Of a stretch of DNA of 64,000 nucleotides, positions 36,401-45,618 are shown one piece after another (position 1 is the stretch's first letter; every line of letters starts with the position of its first letter). Made by a program: the position numbers and the translations under genes. Source of the DNA: Squalus acanthias (taxonomy: Eukaryota); the NCBI GenBank assembly GCA_030390025.1, contig CM059430.1, positions 33,790,001 to 33,854,000 on the forward strand, written 5' to 3'. The notes beneath the pieces were generated by a model. That model saw only the letters and a program-made list of their open reading frames with translations. It was not told the DNA's origin and made no database searches.

Positions 36401-39400
36401 TACAACAACAGAGAGGCCTCTGATTTGTTTGATTGTATATCCTCGTGTTCATATTTAACTAAGGGAACAAGTATGTGTACTATTCCTAAAAGGAAGTAAA
36501 TCCATGGCCCCGATATTTAAGAGGAGGGTGCGGATGAGGTCAAAAACGGCTGAAGAAGCCGGCAAGGACGGGGACGCGGAGGTCAAGGCCGATCATTGCA
36601 TTTTGGAGGCTCCTTCAGGGAGCAGGAGTACTGAAAGAGGCACTTACCTTGTGGAGCTGGCAGCTCCTGCCTTGCTTTCACTGCCGAGATTCCTGACCCC
36701 TGGGAAACCCGCGCAGCAACAGTAAATTTTAAGTCGGGCTCCCAATTGCACCGTTAATGACCGTTATCTGCTGCAACGTGCGCATGCGCGGCGGGTTGGG
36801 GGTTGCGTTGACTGTATTTAACTTTTTAAACTGACCCCCGACCCTCTCCCGCCCGTCGTGTGGATGTTAATATCGAGGCCCCTGTTTCTATTCAAAATTT
36901 AAAGAACACCAAGGCTGAATTTCCTTAAGGCCTGTTTTCTGGCCTGAAATGGGCGCCACCACCAACCGGGAGGACTGCGGTCGTCCAGAATGTTGGCCTC
37001 AGAGCTCAAAATAAACAATCTATTTGGTGGAAGCCAATTGTTAGGCTGCATCCACACCTGGAAAACCTGAGAAGAGCAGGCAAATTTTCCTGCGGGGTCC
37101 GAGAACAGAAATTAGGTCCCACATTAAAGAAAGACTTGCATTTATATAGCGCCTTTCACGACCACCGGACGGCTCAAAGCGCTTAATAGCCAATGAAGTA
37201 TTTATTGAAGTGTAGTCGCTGTTGTAATGAGGGAAACGCGGCAGCCAATTTGCGCACAGCAAGCTCCCACAAACAGCAATGTGATAATGACCAGATAATC
37301 TGTTTTTAGTGATGTTGTTTGAGGGATAAATATTGGCCAGGACACCGGGGATAACTCCCCTGGTTCTTCTTCGAAATAGTGCCATGGGATCTTTTATGTC
37401 CACCTGAGAGAGCAGACGGGGCCTCGGTTTAACGTCTCATCCAAAAAGACGGCATTTCCGACAGTGCAGCACTCCCTCAGCACTGCACTGGAGTGTCAGC
37501 CTAGATTTATGTGCTTATATGCAAGGAGCCTATTACCTGTTTTGGGCAGCCACCCCGAATGCCTGAAATATGGCCTGACCCAGTATGGGGTCAAAAGTCT
37601 TTCAGACGTTCTTCTGATGCAGGTCGTTGATCCCCAAAATTGCCCCTTGTTTTGCCCGTAAAACAGAACCAACAAGGTCCAATTTCTAAATAACAACAGA
37701 AAACGCTGGAAAAACTCAGCAGGCCAGGCAGCATCCGTGGAGAGAGAAACAGAGTTAACGTTTCAGGTCAAAGACCTTTCGTCAGAACTGGAAAAAAGCA
37801 GGAAATGAAATAGATTTTAAAGTAAGTATAGGGCTGGGAAAAGGGGGAGGGGATGAAATAACAAAAGGGAAGGTCAGTGACAGGATAGAAAGCAGGAGAG
37901 ATTAAGAGACATTCAAGGCAAGAGGAGGTGGAAATGGGACAGGCTGAGGAACAAAGGATGGCTCTAGATGAAGTGTGAATTGCGCTGGTAGAATGAAGGA
38001 CAGCTGCCAGCTTCTGGGAGGGAAGAAAAAAAAGGCCAAACAAAAGGGTGGATAAAAAAATATATATATATATATATGTGATGGGGGCCGGGGTTATGAT
38101 CTGAAATTGTTGAACTCTATGTTGAGTCCAGAGGGCTGTAGAGTGCCTAAACGAAAGATGAGGTGCTGTTCCTCGAGCTTACGCTGAGCTTCCGTGGAAC
38201 AATGCAAGAGGCCGAGGACGGTGAGGTCAGAGTGGGAGTGGAGCGGAGAATTAAAGTGACAGGCCACCGGGAGCTCGGGGTCCCCCTTACGGACTGAACG
38301 GAGGTGTTCCGCAAAGCGGTCACCCAATCTGCGTTTGGTCTCCCCAATGTAGAGGAGACCACGTCGTGAGCAGCAAATACAGTGTACTAAATTGCAGGAA
38401 GTACAAGTAAATCGCTGTTTCATCTGGAAGGGGTGTTTGGGGCCCTGGACAGTGGGAAGGGGGGAGGTATAAGGGCATATGAAGTTTTGGGAAAGGGTTT
38501 TCTGTTTGAAAAAGAGAAGATCCAGAAATGGCAGGCATCACTCTTGCCATGATGCTCTGCACAAGTGACATGATGATGTACTTCAACTAAAGTTCTGTCA
38601 TCATCTTGTGTGACAAACAGCAAGCATTTTTGTCCAATGTACATCATGCTATTGGTTTTGTTGATTTTGTCACAGTACATACAGGGTATAAAAACTAGCA
38701 TTATTCACAGTAAAACATGCCACCGCTTATTTTGATACAGTAGTAGCTGTTTTGGTTGGTTCAGATATATATTTGATTAGCTGCTCTTTTGGAGCTTAAT
38801 AGACAATTACTTAAATTGGCTTGATGCAGTTGCTTTCGGAAAGTATTTCTCAGCCTGTCTGGTTCATACTGGAGTCTGTCTGAAGCTTATGAAAAAATAA
38901 TCAGGCCAGAAGGTTTTTGTGGATGGTGAGGAAAGAATAGAACTGGCAAATTAGAATATTATATGTGCATTATAGATTAGCGCAGCAGTCACAACTATTT
39001 GTTACTTTCTATTTACTGAAGAAGATAATTTAGCTTAAAAGCTACTGTAAAAATCTACGGCAAGATCATGCTACTGGCTTATTCTTTCGTTGTTTAATAA
39101 ATTTGTTTGGCAGTTAATGCCTACGTCACAGCCTGGTGTAACATTCAGCCGCCTTCCAAAAGGCAAGAGGGATCACAAAGGCCCATGATCAAACCAGAGA
39201 CTGAAACAAAGTGAAGCAGGTTCTCCGTTTGATCCCTGCGCATGCCACAACTTTACCTCAATATATCTGAAGCAGCCTTGCACTAACTCTGACTCGATCA
39301 TGTGGACATTCCCAATTTATATTTGGTTAATTGAAGTCCACCATTTAAGTAACTTCCTGTTCTTCTTTCACATAAAACGTCGAACCAGAATTATGTAACT

Positions 39401-39582
39401 TTCCACCTCCCTGGTATATAGGCCTACTTTACAGCAAACCCTTTACTGCCCTTAAATTAAAAAAGAAATTGACTTCCTTATCGGGAGTGACAGAGACGGA
39501 AAACAAATTTTAAAGGAAATCCCCACTTACCTGCTAAAGAGACAAGGTAAACGATCATCAATTCTACTAGAAAGCAGTTCAT
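3370..39582 (-). CDS. Predicted 12-exon Ig-domain/NLR chimeric gene (SP-IgV-IgC1-IgC1-like-CARD-NACHT-LRR), about 1261 aa
   Basis: Exons 39582-39531, 34998-34657, 28092-27763, 25189-24749, 22735-22298, 22096-22079, 17547-15807, 13683-13597, 11578-11495, 7303-7220, 4563-4480, 3454-3370. All introns are GT-AG with compatible phases (1,1,1,1,1,1,2,2,2,2,2); total 3786 nt with no internal stop. That the Ig and NLR halves form one transcript is inferred. Confidence 0.75.
4480..4563 (-). CDS. Exon 11: RI-type LRR (LGDNDITEKGSDYFRSALEVNGTLEELW)
   Basis: 84 nt, phase 2-2, ttgcag acceptor, gtaaga donor. Confidence 0.92.
5100..6800 (-). mobile_element. Heavily decayed non-LTR retrotransposon (RT remnant)
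   Basis: ORF 5732..5953 INAGVLQSSILSATQFLFHIND resembles the RT motif GVPQGSILSPTLF...IND; boundaries approximate. Confidence 0.65.
6118..6364. mobile_element. Palindromic Penelope-terminus-like insertion with 12-bp target site duplication
   Basis: Inverted arms 6156-6250 and 6267-6361; tggaactttcaa duplicated at 6106-6117 and 6365-6376; hammerhead-like core at 6280-6304. Confidence 0.8.
7220..7303 (-). CDS. Exon 10: RI-type LRR (LQFNKIGDEGAMYMAQAVKRNRSLVELR)
   Basis: 84 nt, phase 2-2, ttcag acceptor, AAG|gtaagg donor; NxIGDEGA consensus. Confidence 0.93.
7335..8868 (-). mobile_element. Penelope-like element, 5'-truncated (RT thumb plus GIY-YIG endonuclease)
   Basis: ORF 7743..8648: YKPTDSH.YL...SSHP, NLVYCIRC..C.LLYIGETKR.L..RF.EH, LQPSGLN. 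Confidence 0.92.
8925..9800 (+). mobile_element. tRNA/Deu-domain-type SINE split by an L2 fragment
   Basis: Head with ggttcaatc B-box at about 8965; body resumes after 9715. Confidence 0.5.
9186..9715 (-). mobile_element. L2-clade LINE 3' fragment
   Basis: Same tail (acaacttgtatttatatag..cctttaac) and body as the RT-coding copy at 40183-41215. Confidence 0.85.
11495..11578 (-). CDS. Exon 9: RI-type LRR (LRANAVRAKGARSMAEALEINTTLRVVG)
   Basis: 84 nt, phase 2-2, GT-AG; typical NOD LRR exon size. Confidence 0.92.
12250..12900 (-). mobile_element. CR1/L2-group LINE 3' fragment (same family as 31802-34642)
   Basis: ORF 12384..12818 [17 protein letters not shown]... Confidence 0.88.
13597..13683 (-). 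CDS. Exon 8: RI-type LRR (LEGNMLEDEGAEILANALKSKMCRIEILR)
   Basis: 87 nt, phase 2-2, GT-AG; translated by hand, not in the ORF track. Confidence 0.92.
13868..14500 (-). mobile_element. Older L2-clade LINE 3' fragment
   Basis: Diverged similarity to 9186-9715 and 40183-41215. Confidence 0.7.
14640..15240 (-). mobile_element. tRNA-derived SINE with L2-like tail and duplicated 3' part
   Basis: Homologous to 21372-21828 and 37128-37515; segments 14645-14805 and 14815-14980 form a tandem duplication. Confidence 0.8.
15807..17547 (-). CDS. Exon 7: NACHT NTPase, HD1/WH/HD2 and first LRRs (NOD1/NOD2/NLRC3-like)
   Basis: ORF 15800..17623: Walker A GVAGIGKS, Walker B ILFLFDGLDE, sensor-1 VLITSRP, EILGF, LCYVPAFC, winged-helix FFHLTHQEFFAALY. 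1741 nt, phase 1-2. Confidence 0.96.
18115..19502 (+). mobile_element. Possible solo LTR or other unclassified repeat
   Basis: Internal short repeats (gagttacagcaagaagt, gaaggcagtt), TATA-like motif at about 18810, AATAAA at about 19390, ends in CA; no TSD found, so boundaries are uncertain. Confidence 0.35.
19581..19870. mobile_element. Tc1/mariner (Tigger-like) MITE
   Basis: Terminal inverted repeats cagttaactctt / aagagtttactg flanked by TA on both sides. Confidence 0.8.
20154..20929. mobile_element. GC/CpG-rich non-autonomous DNA transposon
   Basis: Imperfect TIRs tagggggaaaaattca / caatttttaccctcta; abrupt rise in GC; internal palindromes. Confidence 0.7.
21372..21828 (-). mobile_element. 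tRNA-derived SINE with L2-like tail
   Basis: tRNA-like head at about 21760-21828 (gtggattcaagtcccactc on the minus strand); L2-type tail at 21372. Confidence 0.85.
22079..22096 (-). CDS. Exon 6: candidate 18-nt microexon (VSLFDR)
   Basis: tgtttcag|TTTCCTTATTTGACAGAG|gtgagt; frame-preserving, phase 1-1; the ORF also works without it. Confidence 0.5.
22298..22735 (-). CDS. Exon 5: CARD (death-fold) domain plus linker
   Basis: ORF 22233..22769: RRTVVNYI..ILPLLNLLMEKKIISEDDH...KGRTLLDILSHRGQQLCAHFFNVL, matching the CARD pattern R.LLD....G...C..F...L. Acceptor taacag, donor AAG|gtaagc, 438 nt, phase 1-1. Confidence 0.88.
23214..23362. mobile_element. Small MITE-like element
   Basis: Imperfect inverted ends gcctggaatttctgcagggttctc / gagaaccccacagaatttcagggc. 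Confidence 0.55.
24177..24607 (-). mobile_element. Full-length HE1-type SINE
   Basis: tRNA head with A box tggcatagtgg and B box ggttcgaatcc; CR1/HER1-type tail. Confidence 0.88.
24749..25189 (-). CDS. Exon 4: atypical C1-set Ig domain (insertion, second Cys missing)
   Basis: ORF 24717..25217: LSLACAVLWFKPKAIRVSWY...GTYSLISQL...YSFEVQHDSL. 441 nt, phase 1-1, GT-AG. Confidence 0.88.
26740..26772 (+). repeat. Poly-G tract
   Basis: Direct reading. Confidence 0.9.
27763..28092 (-). CDS. Exon 3: C1-set Ig domain (tapasin/B7-H6/SIRP-like)
   Basis: ORF 27755..28189: IVCEMKNFYPENHSVSWL...NQDGTFNLLS...YYICEVSHEAL (CxxxxFYP and YxCxVxH motifs). 330 nt, phase 1-1, GT-AG. Confidence 0.93.
28195..28680 (-). 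mobile_element. CR1/HER1 LINE 3' fragment
   Basis: ORF 28261..28554 ...RTRGHSL...RVVEVWNSLP. Confidence 0.9.
28825..28957 (+). mobile_element. Penelope terminal fragment with hammerhead-like core
   Basis: Matches the reverse complement of 7335-7470. Confidence 0.8.
29895..30545 (-). mobile_element. CR1 LINE 3' fragment
   Basis: ORF 30154..30504 [18 protein letters not shown]. Confidence 0.9.
31802..34642 (+). mobile_element. Long decayed LINE (APE-RT remnants) with a tRNA-like 5' head
   Basis: Fragments [45 protein letters not shown]; A-rich tail at 34625-34642. Confidence 0.9.
34657..34998 (-). CDS. Exon 2: V-set Ig domain, B7/butyrophilin/NCR3LG1-like
   Basis: ORF 34514..34987: GEDVLLGC...VIEW...NASLLLKNVTIHDIGSYSCTV, with both Cys, the Trp and DxGxYxC. 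Acceptor tgcag, donor CAG|gtgagt, 342 nt, phase 1-1. Confidence 0.92.
35526..36358. mobile_element. Non-autonomous DNA transposon with TIRs
   Basis: gggggtgatttt / aaaatcaccccc inverted termini; internal hairpin at about 36096-36143. Confidence 0.7.
36505..36881. mobile_element. MITE-like element
   Basis: Imperfect TIRs ggccccgatattt / aatatcgaggcc. Confidence 0.55.
37128..37515 (-). mobile_element. SINE with L2-like tail, 5'-truncated
   Basis: Homologous to 21372-21750. Confidence 0.82.
37692..38480 (-). mobile_element. Penelope-like element 3' fragment (GIY-YIG)
   Basis: ORF 38094..38423 LLYIGETKRRLGDRFAEH...LQPSGLN. Confidence 0.9.
39515..39524 (-). promoter_or_regulatory. NF-kB consensus site GGGGATTTCC at the start of intron 1
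   Basis: Matches GGGRNNYYCC and follows directly after the gtaagt donor of exon 1. Confidence 0.45.
39531..39582 (-). CDS. Exon 1: signal-peptide-like leader MNCFLVELMIVYLVSLA
   Basis: ATG at 39582, 17 mostly hydrophobic codons plus 1 nt, strong donor CAG|gtaagt; phase 1, as expected for an Ig-superfamily leader exon. Confidence 0.75.
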
Positions 39583-39812
39583 TGTCCCATTTGTCTTATC
39601 CGCAGTATTTTGCTATTGTCTTATTTTGATACTGATTTGTAAAAAGAAATGTACATCATTTTTAACCAAATACGCCAGATCTTCCAGCCACTTCTGACAA
39701 AAGGTCTTCGACCTGAAACCTTAACTCTGTTTCTCTCTCCAATGATGCTGCCTCGCCTACTGAGTTTTTCCAGCGTTTTCTGTTGTTCTTCCAGCCACTT
39801 AACTGAATCGTC

Positions 39813-39834
39813 AAAGTGAAAGTGAAAGTGAAAG
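39813..39834. promoter_or_regulatory. Tandem IRF-E/ISRE motif AAAGTGAAAGTGAAAGTGAAAG
   Basis: Three AAGTGA hexamers (overlapping GAAAnnGAAA) about 230 bp upstream of the Ig-NLR ATG. Confidence 0.65.
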
Positions 39835-39984
39835 CAAATAACAGTTACACAACACAAAACAAATTAAAGGGGCAGTGCCTTCATGAAAAGTGTATGGCAA
39901 GCCTTTTTTATATTTGGGGAGGACATGATACATTTCAACAATAATTTATGTCATTTCATCGTGCATTCGCAAACAAATGAAAAA

Positions 39985-41660
39985 ATTGGCCTTTATTACA
40001 AGAGGATTTGAGTATAAGAGTAAAGACGTCTTACTGCAATTATATAGGGCCCTGGTGAGACCACACCTGGAGTATTGTGGACAGTTTTGGTCTCCTTACC
40101 TAAGGAAGGATATACTTGCCATAGAGGGAGTGCAACAAAGGTTCACCAGTCTGATTCCCGGGATGGGGGGATTGTCCTATGAACAACAACAATAACAACT
40201 TGTATTTATATAGCGCCTTTAACGTAGTAAAACGTCCCAAGGCGCTGCACAGGAGAATTAGAAGACAAAAAAATTGACACCGATCCACATAAGGATAAAT
40301 TAGGGCAGGTGACCAAAAGCTTGGTCAAAGAGGTAGGTTTTAAGGAGCGTCTTAAAGGAGGAAAGAGAGGTAGCGAGGCGGAGAGGTTTAGGGAGGGAAT
40401 TCCAGAGCTTGGGGCCTAGGCAACAGAAGGCACGGCCACCAAAGGTTGAGCGATTATAATCAGGGATGCTCAAGAGGGCAGAATTAGAGGAGCGCAGATA
40501 TCTCGGGGGGTTGTGGGGCTGAAGGAGATTACAGAGATAGGGAGGGGCGAGGACATGGAGGGATTTGAAAACAAGGATGAGAATTTTGAAATCGAGGCTC
40601 TATTTAACCGGGAGCCAATGTAGGTCAGCGAGCACAGGGGACATGGGCGAACAGGACTCGGTGTGAGTTAGGACACGGGCAGCCGAGTTTTTGATGACCT
40701 CAAGTTTATGTAGGGTAGAATGTGGGAGGCCAGCCAGGAGTGCATTGGAATAGTCAAGTCTAGAGGTAACAAAGGCATGGATGAGGGTTTCAGCAGCGGA
40801 TGAGCTGAGGCAAGGGCGGAGACGGGCGATGTTATGGAGGTGGAAGTAGGCGGTCTTTGTTATGCTGCGGATGTGTGGTCGGAAGCTCATTTCAGGGTCA
40901 AATACGACACCAAGGTTGCGAACAGTGTGGTTCAGCCTCAGACAGATGTTAGGGAGAGGGATGCAGTCAGTGGCTAGGGAACGGAGTTTGTGGCGGGGAC
41001 CGAAAACAATGGCTTCGGTCTTCCCAATATTTAATTGGAGAAATTTTTTGATCATCCAGAACTGTATGTCGGACAAGCAGTCTGACAATTTAGAAAACAT
41101 GGAGGGGTCGAGAGAAGAGGTAGTGAGGTAGAGCTGGGTGTCGTCAGCGTACATGTGGAAACTGATGCTGTGTTTTCAGATGATGTCACCAAGGGGCAAC
41201 ATGTAGATGAGAAATATGAGGAGAGATTGAGTCAGCTAGGACTATATTCTCTAGAGTTTAGAAGAATGAGAGGTGATCTCATTGAAACATACAAAATTCT
41301 TACAGGACTTGACAGGGTAGATGCAGGGAGGATGTTTCACCTGGCTGGGGAGTCTACAACCTGGGGTCACAGTCTCAGAATAAGGGGTCAGCCATTTAGG
41401 ACTAAGATGAGGAGAAATTTCTTCACTCAGAGGGTGGTGAATCTTTGGAATTCTCTACCCCAGCGGGCTGTGGAGGCTCAGACATTGAGTATACTCAGAC
41501 AGAGATCGATAGATTTTTGGATATTAAGGGAATCAAGGGATATGGGGATAGTGCAGGAAATTGGAGATGAGGTAGATGATCAGCTATGATCTTATTGAAT
41601 GGCGGAGCAGGCTCGAAGGGCTAAATGGCCTACTCCTGCTCCTATTTCTTATGTTCTTAT
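39985..41660 (+). mobile_element. CR1/HER1 LINE 3' fragment interrupted by an L2 element
   Basis: ORFs 39977..40195 and 41155..41589 are the two halves of the sequence seen intact in ORF 59558..60496. Confidence 0.9.
40183..41215 (-). mobile_element. L2-clade LINE 3' portion
   Basis: ORF 40600..41154 YADDTQLY...LNIGKTE...[17 protein letters not shown]...LHWLP. Confidence 0.92.
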
Positions 41661-44439
41661 AAGGTTTGCCAAACACTTCATGAAGATTGTGCCCTTTTAA
41701 AAAAGGAACATTACTTTAAAAAAGGAACATTACTATGTGGGGAGGAGGAGGAGGAAGAAATAGCTACTTTAATTTAGAAAAGAACAAATAATAAGTGATG
41801 GAAATCTGAAATAAAAACTGAAAGTCAGAATTATACTGCAGGTCCATGAGTAAAACAGACCAGATGGAATTCCTTCAGAACTGAAAAAGGGCAGTATGAC
41901 TCTTTAAAAGACTAATTAAAACAAAGATGGGCGGGGAGAACAATGGGCAATGCCAAAAGTACGGATATACTATTATAAAGAGGCACTAACTGAGGTTTTA
42001 CAGTCTGTAAACAGGTTCAATTAAAGCTGGAAAGAGCTAAAAATGCTGGGTGCTATACAAACCTCCTCAAAGTCAGGCTGTGAAAAGGCATTAAAAAGGA
42101 CAAAAATGGTGGAGTGCGAATGGGGAAAAAATGACAGGAAAATGGGATGGACTGGAGCAGTGTAGGAAGCCAAAGACCGAAAGATCAGAGAGGTTTGAGG
42201 AGGGGTGTGTGAATTTGAAGCAGCAAGTCACAGGGAAGTCAGGATCATATCTGCAGACTGGAAGATGTTATTCAGCAAAGCTGTCATGCAACCTTCATTC
42301 TTGAGCACCCTGCAGCCTCCTGTACCAGCCATTCCAATGGAGCAAAATCTTGACTCTCTGGTGCTAAATGTCACTTTGGGGCTGAAAATCCTCCTGACCA
42401 CTGTACGTTGCTGACCTCTAATCCTGACCTCACCAGAGTGCCCAGGGTCAGGGTGGTTACCTCGTAAATAATTTCAGCAGGTGCCCACACCAGAATTAGC
42501 ACGTGGTGGGCGGGGGGAGGAAAGAGTGGAAGGAAGATGGGGTACCGAATAGATTCTTGGGTATACTGCTAGTGGCCTCCCTCTATAGTGCAATCTCCTT
42601 GCCCTGCCCCTCCTTTATAAGAAAAATTAGTTGGCATCAATTCCAGGGAGTTCCAAACCATGACGTTGACCTAGAGACCCCAGTGAGTGTCACATCTGCC
42701 TCTACAATGATCTAGATGCTGTTTTTCTTCCCAGAAACCAGATCACTGTATGGAAAGGAGGCAGCCGACGTCTTATTATGCCAGCGGCCTTATTTTTTTG
42801 AGGTGGGTGAAACTTCCATCTGCTTCAAGCCCTGTTGGAAACTGGCAACGGCTCAGCTTCTGGATGGTGGCCCACCATTTCTGGGTCTCACCCGAGTTTC
42901 CTCTACCTCCACTGTACTCCTGGTCAACTTACTCTGCGAGTGTACCTCAGGCCCCAAAACAATTCAGGGCCCTTTCCTAAAAGTATTTTTTAAGCTCAGC
43001 TTCACTCACAGCTCATACTCATATACAAACATTTAATTGTCCATATTTGACAAAAAGTGTCATTTCAAATGACAAAATAACAACACACACAAAATTCAGG
43101 AAGAGAAACAAATGAATGTTCCTTGCTTTACTATGGGCTAAATTGAATTGCCTAAGACATACCTGACAATTTGCAATACATCATATTTCACAGGCAAACT
43201 CAAACTTAATGTGAAATTGATCCGGTTTTTCAATTTACATTTTGTTGTGCAATGCCATATGACTACAATTTGAAGGCACCTTTTACATTGCCTATTGCCC
43301 ATTGTCTGCCTGTAGGGAAGGTGACCTCCATCTGCCGCATTTTCTCTTTTACTTTCAGTTGGGCGTCAGTTATGTTGGGTCCACCCTGTAATGTGGACAG
43401 CCAAGTGCTTAATAGACTGTAAACGTGGGAATTGGTTTCCTACGTCTAGTGACAACAACTCCCTTACTCTGCCGGCACATTTTCAATTGTACAATATATT
43501 CAGTCACCCAAACATCTGGGTGTTTATACTATGGAATGTGCATCATCCATTGTCTGCACGCTCGTAAAATAAAAGTGCCTTTCTATGATTGGGGAATTTC
43601 AGCAGTGCATTATTTTCAAATTTTTTTTAAGACATTATGTAAACTGCCACTGTTGCTTTTATTGCTCGAGTCTAGCTGTCCCTTTTCTCAGACTTCTACA
43701 TCTAAAATTGTCTCAATAAAATGTAACACCTGAACAATTTCAAAGATCACCGCCTTAAAAAGTTGCCTTTGCTACAAGCGATGGTGTTGGGTATTGTCAT
43801 CGATTAATCACTTCATTGAATGGCAGCGATAGATCTACCTTTTATTTTCTTAACACTTTAACCTGCAATCCGATAGCTAAAATGCATGAATGACAGTTAA
43901 AAGCATCAATTTTATTTGCTAATGATGCATCTGCTGCATGAAAGAATCAAGGCGAAACAGCTCAGCTATTGGAAAATCGCTCCCCATGTATTTTAAGTCA
44001 GACTGCAGATAAGATGTGAAAATAACAAAAGTTAATGTGTCATTGAAGTGATTCATCAATCGTAATAGCAGACCCTGTCATGCATAGAGGTATGAACTTC
44101 TTTACTTTAAAGTTTGCAGTTTGAAAAAACAGGCAAAACGGTTGCTGAAACCAGAGGAAAATGAGGACATCTAACAGGAAGTTAATGGGATGATTTTTAC
44201 CATCATTTTGCTTTTATTAAATATGCATTTAAAATATTCAATTTCACAAAAAGCAAATGCAAATTCGCAATTAAATGTCCAGTACAGCATCCTGTGGCCG
44301 CGTCAGTGGAGCAACACAGGTGCTGACCTCCCCTATTATTGCATCCAGGAGTCTGGATTGAGTGCCGGCAGCTTATTCAGCCACAGGGATCGTCACAGCC
44401 AAGCCATATCTTGTCCTTACCCAAACTGTGTGCGCACAC

Positions 44440-45250
44440 ATTGCTCTCACTCAGTAACCTTTACCTCCTCGAAATCGTCAATGACAAAACATACTGCAGT
44501 GGCAGTAACAAAGGTCAGGTTTCTCTCCCTGAAGCAGAATCTAACTCCATCCCCCTCTCTGGTCACTGTCTCAGGCTGAACCAGACTGTTCGCAACCTCG
44601 GCATCCAATTCGACCCCGAGTTAAACTCTCCATCACAAAGACTACCTACTCCCACCTCTGCCCAACTACTGCTCATCCAAGCATCTATGCTGTTGTCATC
44701 TCCAGACAAATGTGCTCTAATGCTCCTCCTGGCTGGCCTCCTATCCTCCAGCCTCAGTAAACTGCAGCTCATCAAAAACTCTGCTGTCCATATCCTAACC
44801 TGCACCAGGTCCCACTCATCCATCACTCCTTTCCTCACTGACCTGCACTGGCTCCCCTCCCACAATGTATCAATTTTAAAGTTCTCATTTAAATTCCTCC
44901 TCATCCTTGCCCCTCCCCAACTCTCTCCTCCAGCATCACAACCCTCCCTGAACACACTCGTTTCTCTGACTCCAGCCTCTGTGCATCTCCCCCTGTTTTC
45001 ATCCCACTATTAGCAGTCATGCCTTCAGCCCTGTAGGATTCATGCTCTGGAAATCCCTCTAAACCAGTCTGCCTCTCCGCTTCCCTCTCCTTTTGAAGAC
45101 CCTCCTTAAAACTCACCCTGTTTGACCAAGTTTTTGGTCACCCCTCCTAATGTCTCCTCTATTGGCCCGGGACCCATTTCTTCTTACGCCTCTGTGAAGT
45201 GCACTGGGACACATTTCTTTGTTAAAGGTATATAAATGCAAGCTGTTGGT
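44440..45250 (+). mobile_element. Decayed L2 LINE 3' fragment
   Basis: ORF 44339..45013 VRNLGIQFDPEL...LHWLP. Confidence 0.8.
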
Positions 45251-45618
45251 GCTGTCAATATAAGCAATGATTTAATTTTGGCTTTTGTATATTTTAATGA
45301 ACTTTAATGAAACCAAACACTTGGCAAACAAGCAAATTATTTCCAGTATGTGTTAATTCACTGTCTGAAAAGATAACGTAGATTAGGACACATTTACTGA
45401 ATGTTGTGACGAATCCTTTCGTTGCTCAGCAATTGAATGCAGGAACTTGATGGGGAATTGCACTGCAAGTTTAAAAAAAAGATCCCAGCAGACAAGACAA
45501 TCGATTCATGTTCCCACTGGTTGAGCTGAACACACAGGGCCACATTTCGTCCAGTGAAGTTGTGCCAAGGAGTCGATGATTGCAGTTGTTAACGGGCACC
45601 AGCTGCACTGCCCTCCAT

